From NCBI GenBank assembly GCA_965205975.1, contig OZ242195.1:2688001-2752000 (forward strand): a stretch of 64,000 nucleotides of DNA, read 5' to 3'. Below the pieces are notes generated by a model that was not told the DNA's origin, made no database searches, and saw only the letters and a program-made list of their open reading frames with translations. Positions within the stretch are counted from its first letter, which is position 1; each line of letters starts with the position of its first letter. This document shows, one piece after another, positions 9,858-19,842 of the stretch. A program made the position numbers and the translations under genes. This DNA is from Candidatus Latescibacterota bacterium (GTDB lineage: Bacteria > Latescibacterota > UBA2968).

Positions 9858-9977
9858 CTCCTCTCATCTAACAGGTGCCCAAATGCTTCAAGACTGGACA
9901 CCTGTATCGCCGCGCGGTACAACTACTTGAGGCGTGAAATAGGGCATGTCAGACATCAAAAGTTATAGACATAATCC

Positions 9978-10098
9978 TACAGTTGTCTATATCAATAATT
10001 CCGCAATTGTCAGTTTCAATAGAGACAATTTCCTACAATTGTCATTCTCAATAGCGACAACTTTCCACAATTGTCTATCTCGATAGGTGTTTTGTCAA
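9978..10098. repeat. Array of four ACAATTGTC-like boxes (spacing 24/32/32) with a minus-strand sigma70-like promoter
   Basis: Boxes at 9978, 10002, 10034, 10066; TTGACA(10098-10093)-17 bp-GACAAT(10075-10070) on the minus strand. Confidence 0.7.
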
Positions 10099-10124
10099 GA
10101 ACACTTCCAACACCGCTCTTTTAT

Positions 10125-10415
10125 TTAACGAGGTATCAGACGAATATCCAGACGACAGCCAACAGCTTCTGCATATTTTTTAAGGGTGGCAAGAGAAGGA
10201 GAATGCTTTTTGTGGCGTCCCGATGCTTCAAGACGTGCAATTGCAGGCGTTTTGGTGCCCATCTTTTTAGCCACATCAGCCTGGGTTAGACCTGCATTTT
10301 TTCTGGCTCTGAGCATTTCGTCAAAAAGCGCAAATTCATCCGCAAGCGCGTCGTATTCAGCGACAAATTCTGGATCTTTCTTCCATTCGCCAATCATTTC
10401 ACGATGTGTTTTCAT
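10125..10415 (-). CDS. XRE-family HTH protein (HigA-like antitoxin), no adjacent toxin
   Basis: DPEFVAEYDAL...RARKNAGLTQADVAKKMGTKTPAIARLE...PSLATL. Confidence 0.85.
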   Translation of the reverse strand: MKTHREMIGEWKKDPEFVAEYDALADEFALFDEMLRARKNAGLTQADVAKKMGTKTPAIARLEASGRHKKHSPSLATLKKYAEAVGCRLDIRLIPR

Positions 10416-10433
10416 GTGCAATCTTCTTATCCT

Positions 10434-10793
10434 TCAAATGGCTGAACAGGTGCCAAGACCGACGCTGCAAGCAGATGTTTTCGGACCAAAGACAAAGACC
10501 TGTGTACCTTTCAAATGTGGCAAATACCTGATAGGAAAAAGAAGGTAGAGTTCACCCGTTTTAATGGAAATCAATTCTGGTGTTTGTTCCACTGTCCGAT
10601 GTTCAAGCCATGAAACACGATCTAAAAAGTTAAGGCCAGAGGCTTTTTGGCCTCCGGCCAGAATTTCATCTATTACAGCGGATGGTGCGATAACACGAGA
10701 ATACAATCTGGACAATAGGTTGAGTCGGTTCACGCCCGCCAATGCAATGAGAGGGCTGGAATCTGCGATCAGAAACACGTCATTTATACCCAA
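10434..10793 (-). pseudogene. Truncated DUF3368-type PIN toxin
   Basis: IADSSPLIAL...APSAVIDEI N-terminus; the expected LDxGEAEAI helix is missing and replaced by unrelated sequence. Confidence 0.65.
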
Positions 10794-11031
10794 ATTCTGT
10801 GTCGAGTTGATCATCATCCAGATCAACAACAGGGATGTTCAGTGCACTGACCTTTGCGAGAAACTCGGGCTTGCTTAAACCGGATAGCTCCGGTGCTTTT
10901 CCAGCAGAAATCCGGCGAAGTTCAAAGAATTTCAAAGCCAATAAAAAACGCGCTTCTCGTTCAAATACTTCGGGTTCTTGCCCGGTGATCAAGAGCAGGT
11001 CTTCAGAATATGGGATATTCAATGTTTTCAT
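10780..11031 (-). CDS. UPF0175-family antitoxin
   Basis: LALKFFELRRISAGKAPELSGLSKPEFL; sits directly upstream of the DUF3368-like PIN gene. Confidence 0.8.
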   Translation of the reverse strand: MKTLNIPYSEDLLLITGQEPEVFEREARFLLALKFFELRRISAGKAPELSGLSKPEFLAKVSALNIPVVDLDDDQLDTEFGYK

Positions 11032-11200
11032 ATTTTACCCTGTCAGATCGGACATAAGACTAAAAAACATTTAGTTACTCGAAACTACAACATCCCAATT
11101 ATATCAAAAAGGCCCTGTATTATCAAGGGCTTCTTGATAATGGTCAGAAATTGGGATGAAAGGCAAAACCTTCTGGATCGCGGCTAAATTCAAACGTGCG

Positions 11201-11446
11201 TTATTGGGCGCGTTGACGCCACCCTCTTATTTTACGCCTCTGTTGCCTGACAAGTGTGACGACTTCCTGCGTAGAGATGTCTGCCTCGATTGAAGGAACA
11301 TCCAGCGGTGATGCGGTGGGACGTTCTGGCACCAGGGCATAAGTCCTGCCATCTTTTCTGCGTATAAGAACCTTACCTGTTGACTCCGCTTTGTCCAGCA
11401 CGCTGGAGAGTTTTTGTCTGGCTTCCGAGTACGTATATACGTCCAT
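11201..11446 (-). CDS. Phd/YefM-family antitoxin
   Basis: YTYSEARQKLSSVLDKA...VLIRRKDG. Confidence 0.85.
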   Translation of the reverse strand: MDVYTYSEARQKLSSVLDKAESTGKVLIRRKDGRTYALVPERPTASPLDVPSIEADISTQEVVTLVRQQRRKIRGWRQRAQ

Positions 11447-11447
11447 C

Positions 11448-11846
11448 TTACCCCTCCAAATTAACGAAGTTGATACCGAGTGCGTCTGCAGCCCGTCTAA
11501 GTGTTCGGTCCAGCGTTAATAAAGGAGCCGCATGCCGCAAAGCGCAGTCCAATAAGTACGCGTCGTATGCGTATGCGTTCACCTGAGCCGCAATAGATAG
11601 AACATTTGCCATGTCAACGTTCACGTATTGCAGCGGAATGCGATCGAGAATCTCCAGACCCTGCTGTGCATCCGCGACACCAATACGACGTTGCTTGATC
11701 ATCGCTGAGAAAGCATTTCCAATTTCCCAGGGAATAGAACCGGGACCAATGAGTGTGTGACCCGATGTAGCTGCGATAATCGCGTCTCTTTCAGGCTCGG
11801 CTACGATCACCGCAATAATCGCTGACGTATCAATTACAATGTTCAT
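11448..11846 (-). CDS. vapC: VapC-family PIN toxin
   Basis: IVIDTSAIIA...WEIGNA...AYDAYLL...LLTLDR. Confidence 0.85.
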   Translation of the reverse strand: MNIVIDTSAIIAVIVAEPERDAIIAATSGHTLIGPGSIPWEIGNAFSAMIKQRRIGVADAQQGLEILDRIPLQYVNVDMANVLSIAAQVNAYAYDAYLLDCALRHAAPLLTLDRTLRRAADALGINFVNLEG

Positions 11847-11868
11847 TATGATCTCCTCAAGACATTAT

Positions 11869-11898
11869 CAATTGTACAATTGTCTGCGTAAATGTCAA
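11869..11898 (-). promoter_or_regulatory. Sigma70-like promoter with palindromic operator for vapC-phd
   Basis: TTGACA(11898-11893)-16 bp-TACAAT; perfect palindrome caattgtacaattg at 11869-11882. Confidence 0.65.
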
Positions 11899-12298
11899 GA
11901 GATATATACGCCAGGTGTGATTTTCCCAACGCCGCAGAGCGCGAGTCGTGATGGATGAGCGGTATAGTGAAAGAATTGCCCCTTGAGTCAGGGAGAAAAG
12001 TGCCAGGGCGCGATTGAGATGACAGGCAAAACCTGTGAGATAATATCAGAAAATATTTACAGACGCTATATTGCTCCGTGTATTCAATTTCCTTATATTG
12101 ATTTGACTCAGGCACGTTATTACCCAATTCCGCTGACTGGACGAAGGATAAAACGGCTATTGAGGAAAATCTGTGAACACCACGATTCATACGATAGAAG
12201 ATCTCATTCGCATTTGAGGCGATAATTCTGAGTGGCCTGATATGTACCGCGTACTATGAGCTCGCACTCAAGAAGGTAAATTAGAGAAAGGTTGTGAC

Positions 12299-12526
12299 GT
12301 GAAAAATCAAGAAATTACAATTTGCGTAACGCCAGAGGCTGCTCGTGTTTATCAGTCTGCATCAGTACAAGATCGGCAAAAATTAAATGTTTTGTTAAGC
12401 CTGCAATTGAGTGGTTTGAGAAAACCGGCACGTCCAATTGAAGATATTATGCGCGAAGCCAGTGAAGAAGCGCGAAAAAATGGTTTGACGCCTGAAATAT
12501 TGAAAGAACTGCTTAATGCAAAATAA
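12299..12526 (+). CDS. Putative antitoxin
   Basis: Small ORF ending EEARKNGLTPEILKELL and overlapping the downstream PIN gene. Confidence 0.7.
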   Translation: MKNQEITICVTPEAARVYQSASVQDRQKLNVLLSLQLSGLRKPARPIEDIMREASEEARKNGLTPEILKELLNAK

Positions 12527-12938
12527 ATCGCGCTATGTATTCGATACGAATGTCATTGTTAGTGCTCTTCTTTTTTCTCAATCAACATCTGGTCGTTCAT
12601 TAAAAATTGCGCTGAATCAAGGTGCGTTACTTCTTTCAGAGGCAGTCGCCGAAGAATTGGAAGAGGTGCTTCGAAGGGATCGTTTTGATCGCTATGTGAA
12701 AAGAGAAACACGCGAAGAATTTCTTCAATCACTCATTCAAAGCGCAACATTTATTGAAATAATAGCGCACATAGAGATTTGTCGAGACCCCAAAGACGAC
12801 CAGTATTTGGAACTGGCAGTCAATGGTAAAGCGGACTGCATTATCAGCGGGGATGCAGATCTCATTGTTCTAAGTCCTTTTCGAGGAATTGACATACTAC
12901 CACCTCATGAATTTCTAATGACGCTCGGTCCCAAGTAG
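12516..12938 (+). CDS. PIN-family putative toxin (PIN_3/TIGR00305-like)
   Basis: VFDTNVIVSAL...CRDPKDDQYLELA...IISGDADL. Confidence 0.9.
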   Translation: MQNKSRYVFDTNVIVSALLFSQSTSGRSLKIALNQGALLLSEAVAEELEEVLRRDRFDRYVKRETREEFLQSLIQSATFIEIIAHIEICRDPKDDQYLELAVNGKADCIISGDADLIVLSPFRGIDILPPHEFLMTLGPK

Positions 12939-13268
12939 AGCACCTACCTCACATCTCCTGATATTGTGGGCAGGACTGCTGTCGTGATTCGTTTTTTTTA
13001 TCTCTGGTCATTCTGGGCCAATCATCCGTTTTCGCAAAACTGATCTCATAAGAACGCCCCGGCATTTTTGATGCTGGGGCGTGTTCTTTGTGTTGGGCAT
13101 AAGTGTCGCGCACTATCAGTGAGTGACACTGCATCAAGACCGCCAAAACGGATAACAAATCCAACTTTTTCTACCGCAAAGTCCTTGTGTACTCAACGGC
13201 TGTGTTTTATAATGTGTCTCAACCTGACGAAACCCCAAACTAACCGCACAAAAACAAAAGAGGCCGCG

Positions 13269-14513
13269 ATGAACAACACCGCCACAATACACACCCGTGC
13301 CTGGGCGGGTGACGAAGCCCTCACCCTCACCTTTCCCGAAGGCTGGACCGTCGAAACCTTTGGCCCAGAGGAATGCCCTCAAGTCACCGCAGACCAGATC
13401 CAAACCGCCTTTGACAACCCCATCGGCACACCGCGGATAGCGGAACTCGCCAGAGGGAAAAACAGCGCCGCAATCATCGTAGATGACCTGAGCCGTCCCA
13501 CACCCGCTGCCGAACTCATCCCCTATGTCCTCAAAGAACTCGACACCGCTGGCATACCCAAAAATCAAATCCGCTTTGTCGTCGGTGGAGGCTCTCACCG
13601 TCCAATCGACGCAGAGGAAATCGACAAAAAAGTGGGAGCGGATATCGCCCGCGCATATCAAGTCACAAACCACTATTTCATGAGCGGCGACCTGCGCGCC
13701 CTGGGCAGCCTGGACAGCGGCCTGCCCATTTACATCGACAGAGTTGTCGCAGATGCCGACCTCAAGCTCTGCGTAGGCGGCATCTATCCCCACGGCAACG
13801 TGGGATTTGGCGGCGGCGCCAAGCTCATCTTACCGGGCGTCTCGGGCTTTGCCACCATGTTCTACTTTCATACCTTTTACGCAAGCCGGGGACACGCCAA
13901 TATCGAACGACAGGGCGACGAACCAGACCATCGAGACGCCGCCGAAGCAGTCGCCAAAGTCCTGGGCCTCGATGCCGTCGTCAACGTGACACTCAACCGC
14001 AAACGCCAGATCACCGGTGTATTTGTGGGCGACTTTATCCAGGCGCAGCGCACCGGCGCCCGATTCGCACTAAAAACCTACGCAACCCGGGCACCAGAAA
14101 CAGAGCCTGACCTCGTCATTGCCAACTGCTATCCACTCGACTACGACCCCATCCAAACCGGCAAAGCACTCTGGCCGCTTCGACTGTTCAAAAACGCCTA
14201 CAAAGTCGCCATCAATCCCGCCACCGATGGCATATGTCACCACGGACTATACGACGAAATAGACTACGCGCGGTTTTGCAAACAGAAATCCGAACAGCCC
14301 CAGCAAGAACTCCCCGAACCCAAAATCGAAGGCCCGCACCAGACCCTGATGTGGTCTGAAAACTTTCCGGTTGACGAATTTTACAAACGCAACCCCGACG
14401 GTGTCCTCTTCCGAGATTGGGACATACTCCGCAACCAACTCATTGTAAAATTGCCCGATAATGCCCGCGTCGCCGTTTTTCCCAATGCGGCCATTCAAAT
14501 TTCTGCAAAATAA
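13269..14513 (+). CDS. LarA-family (nickel-pincer) racemase/epimerase
   Basis: IIVDDLSRPTP, GGSH, PH...GFGGGAKLILPG motifs. Confidence 0.85.
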   Translation: MNNTATIHTRAWAGDEALTLTFPEGWTVETFGPEECPQVTADQIQTAFDNPIGTPRIAELARGKNSAAIIVDDLSRPTPAAELIPYVLKELDTAGIPKNQIRFVVGGGSHRPIDAEEIDKKVGADIARAYQVTNHYFMSGDLRALGSLDSGLPIYIDRVVADADLKLCVGGIYPHGNVGFGGGAKLILPGVSGFATMFYFHTFYASRGHANIERQGDEPDHRDAAEAVAKVLGLDAVVNVTLNRKRQITGVFVGDFIQAQRTGARFALKTYATRAPETEPDLVIANCYPLDYDPIQTGKALWPLRLFKNAYKVAINPATDGICHHGLYDEIDYARFCKQKSEQPQQELPEPKIEGPHQTLMWSENFPVDEFYKRNPDGVLFRDWDILRNQLIVKLPDNARVAVFPNAAIQISAK

Positions 14514-14593
14514 TGGCCTGAAAAAGCGGAATTTTACTTTCACTCACGCGCCTACCATGCTATATTGGGCCGATGCAATGAATAAAAAAATCA

Positions 14594-14656
14594 CGCAAGA
14601 GAACGGGGAGACGTAGGGACTGGGGGAGATCCTTGCCAATCCCTTGTTCTCTTGCG
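14594..14656. repeat. Long imperfect inverted repeat upstream of the phyH-like gene
   Basis: cgcaagagaacgggga...tcccttgttctcttgcg. Confidence 0.7.
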
Positions 14657-14677
14657 TTATTATATTTGGAGGCCACC

Positions 14678-15478
14678 ATGCTGACACAAGAACAAATCGA
14701 CTTCTACCACGAAAATGGATATCTCAAATGCGAAGCACTCTTTACCCCTGAAGAAACCGCTGAACTCGGCTCGGAAATGGTGCGCATCATCGAAAACTGG
14801 GGCAATGAGACCATTGGCTGGCGGGGACCCTGGCGAGATCGATACCTGCCCGAAGACGAACGCCTCAACACCAAAGCCGTCTTTATGCACAATCCCCAAT
14901 TCTACTCCGCAACCTGGGGGCGTGCCATCTTCAACGAACGACTCGTCGGCTGTGTAGAAGACCTGATCCGCGACACCGTTCAATGGCACCACACCGTACT
15001 CCATGCCAAACCGCCAGAACTCGGCACGCCTTTTCCCATGCACCAGGACTATCCCTTTTATCCGCACGACGGTCCCGACTTTGTCGATTGCTTGCTTCAC
15101 CTGGACGACACCCCAATAGAAAGCGGGTGCTTGCGCGTGGTACCCGGCAGCCACAAAAAGGGTCCGCTCGTTCACGTCCTGGGCCCAGACACCTCTCCTC
15201 ATCTGCCGCCAGACGATTACCACCCCGACAAAATCGACTCCATCCTGATCCCGGCAAAAGCAGGAGACGTCATCTTCTTTAGCTATCAGATCATTCACTG
15301 GTCCGACTGCAACCGCACCGACGAATGGCGAAAATCCGTGCGCTTCGGCTACCACAGCACCCAGATGCAACCCGTGGGCCGCGCAGAAGACGACCCCTAC
15401 CGCATCGATCCCAACAACATTTTGGAACGCAAAGACAGCACCATTGTATCCGGCTTTAGAATGAATGAAGTGAATTAA
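14678..15478 (+). CDS. Phytanoyl-CoA dioxygenase (PhyH) family Fe(II)/2OG oxygenase
   Basis: HQD motif, GCLRVVPGSH, distal His and Arg. Confidence 0.9.
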   Translation: MLTQEQIDFYHENGYLKCEALFTPEETAELGSEMVRIIENWGNETIGWRGPWRDRYLPEDERLNTKAVFMHNPQFYSATWGRAIFNERLVGCVEDLIRDTVQWHHTVLHAKPPELGTPFPMHQDYPFYPHDGPDFVDCLLHLDDTPIESGCLRVVPGSHKKGPLVHVLGPDTSPHLPPDDYHPDKIDSILIPAKAGDVIFFSYQIIHWSDCNRTDEWRKSVRFGYHSTQMQPVGRAEDDPYRIDPNNILERKDSTIVSGFRMNEVN

Positions 15479-15482
15479 ACGT

Positions 15483-16727
15483 ATGAATAAACCCAACATC
15501 ATCATCGTACTGGCCGACGACATGGGCTATGGCGATTCCAGTGCGTACGGGGGCTGGATCGACACGCCCGCAATGGAACAAATGGCCCGCGAAGGGCTTA
15601 AATTCACCGACTTCCACGCCAGCGGTGCGGTTTGCAGCCCCACGCGCGCCGGACTCCTCACCGGACGCTATCAACAGCGCGCAGGCGTACCCAAAGTAAT
15701 CGGCGCCAATCCCAACAGCGCCGACCACTATGTGGGACTGTACCCCTCTGAAATCACCTTTCCCAAACTGCTCAAAAAAGCGGGCTACACCTCTGCCATC
15801 TTTGGCAAATGGCACCTCGGATACGACAAAAAATTCAATCCCCTGCACCACGACTTTGATCGCTTTCGCGGATATGTAAGCGGCAACATCGACTACATCT
15901 CGCACTACGACCGCATGGAAGTGTACGACTGGTGGGAGGGCCTCGAACACATCGAAGAAGAAGGCTATACCACACACCTCATCACCCAGCATTCCGTACA
16001 ATTCATCAAAGACCACAAAGACACGCCCTTTTGCCTCTACGTTGCACACGAAGCCGTACACACCCCATTGCAGGGACCTGACGACCCCGCCATTCGCGGT
16101 CCGGAAAAAGCCGACTTTCATCCCGACGACCCCCGAGAAACCTATTGCCAGATGATGAAAGCCATGGACGACAGCCTGGCCGAAATCATGGGCACAGTGC
16201 GGGAACTCGGCATTGAGGAAAACACCCTCGTCTTCTTTTTTTCCGACAACGGCGGCACCCGTCAAAATCCCGAATCCAATGCACCGTTGCGCGGGAACAA
16301 AGGCACAGTATGGGAAGGCGGCCACCGCGTCCCCGCCATTGCATGGTGGCCCGGAACAATAGCCCCCAACAGCGTCACCGACCAACTCGCCATCAGCATC
16401 GACCTCTTTCCCACCATGTGCGACCTCGCAGGGGCACCTGCACCCGACAATCACTTTGACGGCATCAGCCTCAAATCCTCCCTCCTCGGAGAAAATGAAC
16501 CCGGTGCCCGACAATTGTTCTGGAATGGCCTTGCCATGCGCGACGACAATTACAAACTCGTAATCGACAAAGGCACGCCACATCTATTCGACCTATCCCG
16601 TGACATATCGGAAAGCAATGACCTCGCATCGCAACAACCCGACCGCGTTCGGCAAATGTGCGATGCAATCGATGCCTGGAAACGCGACGTAGCCGACGGT
16701 GCAACACCGCAAAAAGATACGTCCTGA
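15483..16727 (+). CDS. Sulfatase (Cys-type, FGly-dependent)
   Basis: PNIIIVLADDMG, CSPTRAGLLTGR, GKWHLG, SDNGG. Confidence 0.95.
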   Translation: MNKPNIIIVLADDMGYGDSSAYGGWIDTPAMEQMAREGLKFTDFHASGAVCSPTRAGLLTGRYQQRAGVPKVIGANPNSADHYVGLYPSEITFPKLLKKAGYTSAIFGKWHLGYDKKFNPLHHDFDRFRGYVSGNIDYISHYDRMEVYDWWEGLEHIEEEGYTTHLITQHSVQFIKDHKDTPFCLYVAHEAVHTPLQGPDDPAIRGPEKADFHPDDPRETYCQMMKAMDDSLAEIMGTVRELGIEENTLVFFFSDNGGTRQNPESNAPLRGNKGTVWEGGHRVPAIAWWPGTIAPNSVTDQLAISIDLFPTMCDLAGAPAPDNHFDGISLKSSLLGENEPGARQLFWNGLAMRDDNYKLVIDKGTPHLFDLSRDISESNDLASQQPDRVRQMCDAIDAWKRDVADGATPQKDTS

Positions 16728-16739
16728 GAGAGGAAATAT

Positions 16740-18281
16740 ATGCTTGGACTACACCTGCTGGACTTTGCCACGCTCGCCATCTATTTAATCGGCATCATGA
16801 TTGCTGGCTTATGGGTCGCCCGCAAAATCAAAAATACGGGCGACTATTTTATGGGCGGGCGCAGCTTTGGCAAAGCATTTATGATCATGCACGCCTTTGG
16901 TACCGGCACCCACACCGATCAGGCAGTCACCGTAGCAGGCGCCTCCTACAAATTGGGCATGGCGGGAATCTGGTATCAATGGCTCTATCTATTTGCCACC
17001 CCCTTCTACTGGCTCATCGCGCCAATATGGCGAAGGCTGCGCTACCTCACCATAGCGGACTTCTTTGAAGACCGATTCAGCAACTCGCTCGGTTATTTCT
17101 ACGCCCTCTATGGCCTGCTCTACTTTGCCATACAAATAGGCATCATGCTCCTCGGTACCGGCAAAACAGCCAGTGCCATGACCGGCGGCGCGATTTCTCC
17201 TGAAATCGCCATCGGTGTGATGACCGTCCTCTTCCTCTCCTACGGCCTCTTAGGCGGCCTGCCCGCAGCCATCATCACCGACTTTATCCAGGGCATCTTC
17301 ATCATCGTCCTCTCGTTTCTCCTCGTCCCCTTTGTCATCGACGGCGTCGGCGGTTTCACCGGGCTTCACCAACAAGTACCCATTGAAAAGTTTAGCCTCG
17401 AAGCACCCGGTGATCCCCCGCCTGGATACGACCGCATCACGCCCTTCTTCATCGTCATGGTCGTCATCAACGCCCTCGTCGGCATCATTGCCCAACCCCA
17501 CCACATGGAAATTGGCGGTGCGGGCAAAACCGAACGCGAAGCCCGCGTGGGATTCACCTACGGCAACATGATCAAACGTCTCTGCACCGTAGCCTGGGCA
17601 TTTACCGGCGTAGCCTGCATTGCCCTTTATCCCAACATCGACGATCCCGAACACGCTTTTGGGCTCGCCTCGCGCGACCTCTTGCCCATCGGTCTCGTCG
17701 GCATCATGCTCGCCTCAATGATCGCCGCAGTCATGTCCACCTGCGATTCATTCATGGTCGATGGCGCTGCCCTCTTTGTCGAAAACTTTTACAAACCCCT
17801 CTTCAAACCCGAAGCCGACGACAAACACTACCTCACCACGGGCCGCATCGTCGCCCTCATACTGGTCATATTCGGTATTATCATCGCGCTCTACTTCACC
17901 TCTGTCGTCGCCATTATTCGCCTCTCCTGGTCGCTCGTGGCATTCTTTGGGATTGCCTTTTGGGGAGGAATTCTCTGGCGCAGATGCAATGCACCCGGCG
18001 CCTGGGCGGGCCTGATCGTCTCGGCATTATTATTCGCCATATCTGGCCAAACAATCATCAATTTGGAAAGTCTGGGCATCTACATTGGCGGCCTCGACTG
18101 GGAATTGCCCTATCGCTACGTACTCTACATCGCCGGTGGTTTTGCCGCACTCATCATCGTAAGCAAACTCACCAAACCGCAAGACAAAGAGCGACTCGAC
18201 CGCTTTTACACCTTGCTCCACACACCCGTTGGACAAGAGCACAAATTGCGCGAAGCCGGCATAAAAGTCGTTATGGAGTAA
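16740..18281 (+). CDS. Sodium:solute symporter (SSS family)
   Basis: DYFMGGRSFG, GGLPAAIITDFIQG, AAVMSTCDS; many TM helices. Confidence 0.92.
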   Translation: MLGLHLLDFATLAIYLIGIMIAGLWVARKIKNTGDYFMGGRSFGKAFMIMHAFGTGTHTDQAVTVAGASYKLGMAGIWYQWLYLFATPFYWLIAPIWRRLRYLTIADFFEDRFSNSLGYFYALYGLLYFAIQIGIMLLGTGKTASAMTGGAISPEIAIGVMTVLFLSYGLLGGLPAAIITDFIQGIFIIVLSFLLVPFVIDGVGGFTGLHQQVPIEKFSLEAPGDPPPGYDRITPFFIVMVVINALVGIIAQPHHMEIGGAGKTEREARVGFTYGNMIKRLCTVAWAFTGVACIALYPNIDDPEHAFGLASRDLLPIGLVGIMLASMIAAVMSTCDSFMVDGAALFVENFYKPLFKPEADDKHYLTTGRIVALILVIFGIIIALYFTSVVAIIRLSWSLVAFFGIAFWGGILWRRCNAPGAWAGLIVSALLFAISGQTIINLESLGIYIGGLDWELPYRYVLYIAGGFAALIIVSKLTKPQDKERLDRFYTLLHTPVGQEHKLREAGIKVVME

Positions 18282-18290
18282 GGAGTCGCC

Positions 18291-19829
18291 ATGCGTCTCA
18301 GAACCATATTGCTTATCGCAGTACTCTACACGAGTTTGGGAGCTACAGACGACCCTGCACTGCATATAGAAATTGACCGCAGCGAAACGCAAACCCTCCC
18401 CAAAAGCCTCCATGGCTTCAACACGAACATGATGAGCGGTGACTACGGATATCTCGACTCCAGCTTCGTCGCGCTCACAAAAGCCCTGCAACCCCAAACA
18501 CTGCGTTTCCCCGGAGGCACAATCGGCAATTTTTACCACTGGAAAATAGCTGGATTCATCCAGAGCGAAATGAGTTCAACCGGAAGCGAGCAACTCAACA
18601 GACGAAACAGAGGCAATTTTGTCAGACTGAGAAAAAGGAGAAATGGGAGACTTGCATTTGACGACTTCATGCAGATGTGCAACGCACTAAAAATAACGCC
18701 CACCGTAGTCGTCAACCTGTGGACGGGGAGCCCAGAGGAAAGTGCCGAATGGGTCCAATACGCAAAAAACAAGGGATATGAGATCGCGTATTGGGAACTC
18801 GGCAATGAGCATTATCTGCCGTGGTACGCGGAAAAATACCCCTCTGCCGAAACCTATATCGCACAGGCCAAAAAACACGCACAGGCGATGAAAGCCGTTG
18901 ACCCAACCATAAAGGTCTCGGTCTGTGCAAGCCCGGTAGCCTTCCACAAAAACGGCTTTGAAAAAAACGTGGATCAACGCAAATGGGACAGTGCATTGGC
19001 GGCTGCGGATCAATTTTACGACGCCTATACCGTTCACGTCTATGCTTATCGAACCGCTCGAAAAAAAGAAATTGAGGAATATCGGGGCTATCTCTTTGGT
19101 TGGATCCACTGCGATATCGATGACGCCATGGACTACTATGAAAAATTATTCCCCAACTTGGAAATGTGGATAACAGAATGGAATATCGCCAACCCCGCAA
19201 ACCGGGTCGCCAATACACAATTGCACGCCATGTACACGGGCGACTTCTTCTTAAAAATGCTCACATACCCGCGCATCACCCATGCAAATTTTCACGTCAT
19301 TGCTGGCCCCGGCAAAGGATTCCCCGCATTCTCCCCAATCGCACCCCCATCGCCGAGAACCAATTGGAAATACGGGGGCGAACCAGAAGCGGACTTTGGA
19401 AATACAATTCGGCGCGCCACCTACTATCCCCTTCAGTTAATCGGAGAAGCATTCGCGCAATCGGACACAAAATACTCCCTCGCCATCCAAAATCCACCCA
19501 TCCTCAATGGACAACTCGAATACGAAGGAAAACAAATACCGGGTATCCAGGCACAGGCAGTCGGAAGCGCCGCGCACCTTTTTGTACTCATCAGCAACCG
19601 CACAGCAGACGACCTATCGCCGGACCTCACCATCGACGGCAACAAATATGAAGGCGCGCTCACATATCGCTACGTAGCCCATGAAAGACTCAACGCATCA
19701 AACGGCGGAAATGCGGAAATGGAAGGCGCGGGCAAAATAGAAGTCGCGATCCACGAATGGTCTGGCGCCTTAACTAATCTCTTGATTCCCAAAAATAGTT
19801 TTGGCATCTTAGAATTATCGCCCAACTAA
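18291..19829 (+). CDS. Secreted clan GH-A glycoside hydrolase (GH51-like)
   Basis: Signal peptide; LRFPGG, YWELGNE, WITEWN. Confidence 0.8.
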   Translation: MRLRTILLIAVLYTSLGATDDPALHIEIDRSETQTLPKSLHGFNTNMMSGDYGYLDSSFVALTKALQPQTLRFPGGTIGNFYHWKIAGFIQSEMSSTGSEQLNRRNRGNFVRLRKRRNGRLAFDDFMQMCNALKITPTVVVNLWTGSPEESAEWVQYAKNKGYEIAYWELGNEHYLPWYAEKYPSAETYIAQAKKHAQAMKAVDPTIKVSVCASPVAFHKNGFEKNVDQRKWDSALAAADQFYDAYTVHVYAYRTARKKEIEEYRGYLFGWIHCDIDDAMDYYEKLFPNLEMWITEWNIANPANRVANTQLHAMYTGDFFLKMLTYPRITHANFHVIAGPGKGFPAFSPIAPPSPRTNWKYGGEPEADFGNTIRRATYYPLQLIGEAFAQSDTKYSLAIQNPPILNGQLEYEGKQIPGIQAQAVGSAAHLFVLISNRTADDLSPDLTIDGNKYEGALTYRYVAHERLNASNGGNAEMEGAGKIEVAIHEWSGALTNLLIPKNSFGILELSPN

Positions 19830-19842
19830 TTAGGAGGCTATT

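Noticed and set aside
9978..10087. Possible mini-CRISPR array
   Set aside because: Units are contiguous degenerate repeats without unique spacers, and there are no cas genes in the window
11846..12225. ORFs of 114 aa (-) and 80 aa (+) between the TA pairs
   Set aside because: No motifs or convincing RBS; the minus ORF runs over the vapC promoter; probably debris
1..13000. Complete DGR cassette (RT, Avd, template repeat)
   Set aside because: No ORF with RT motifs and no AAC-rich non-coding copy of the variable region was seen
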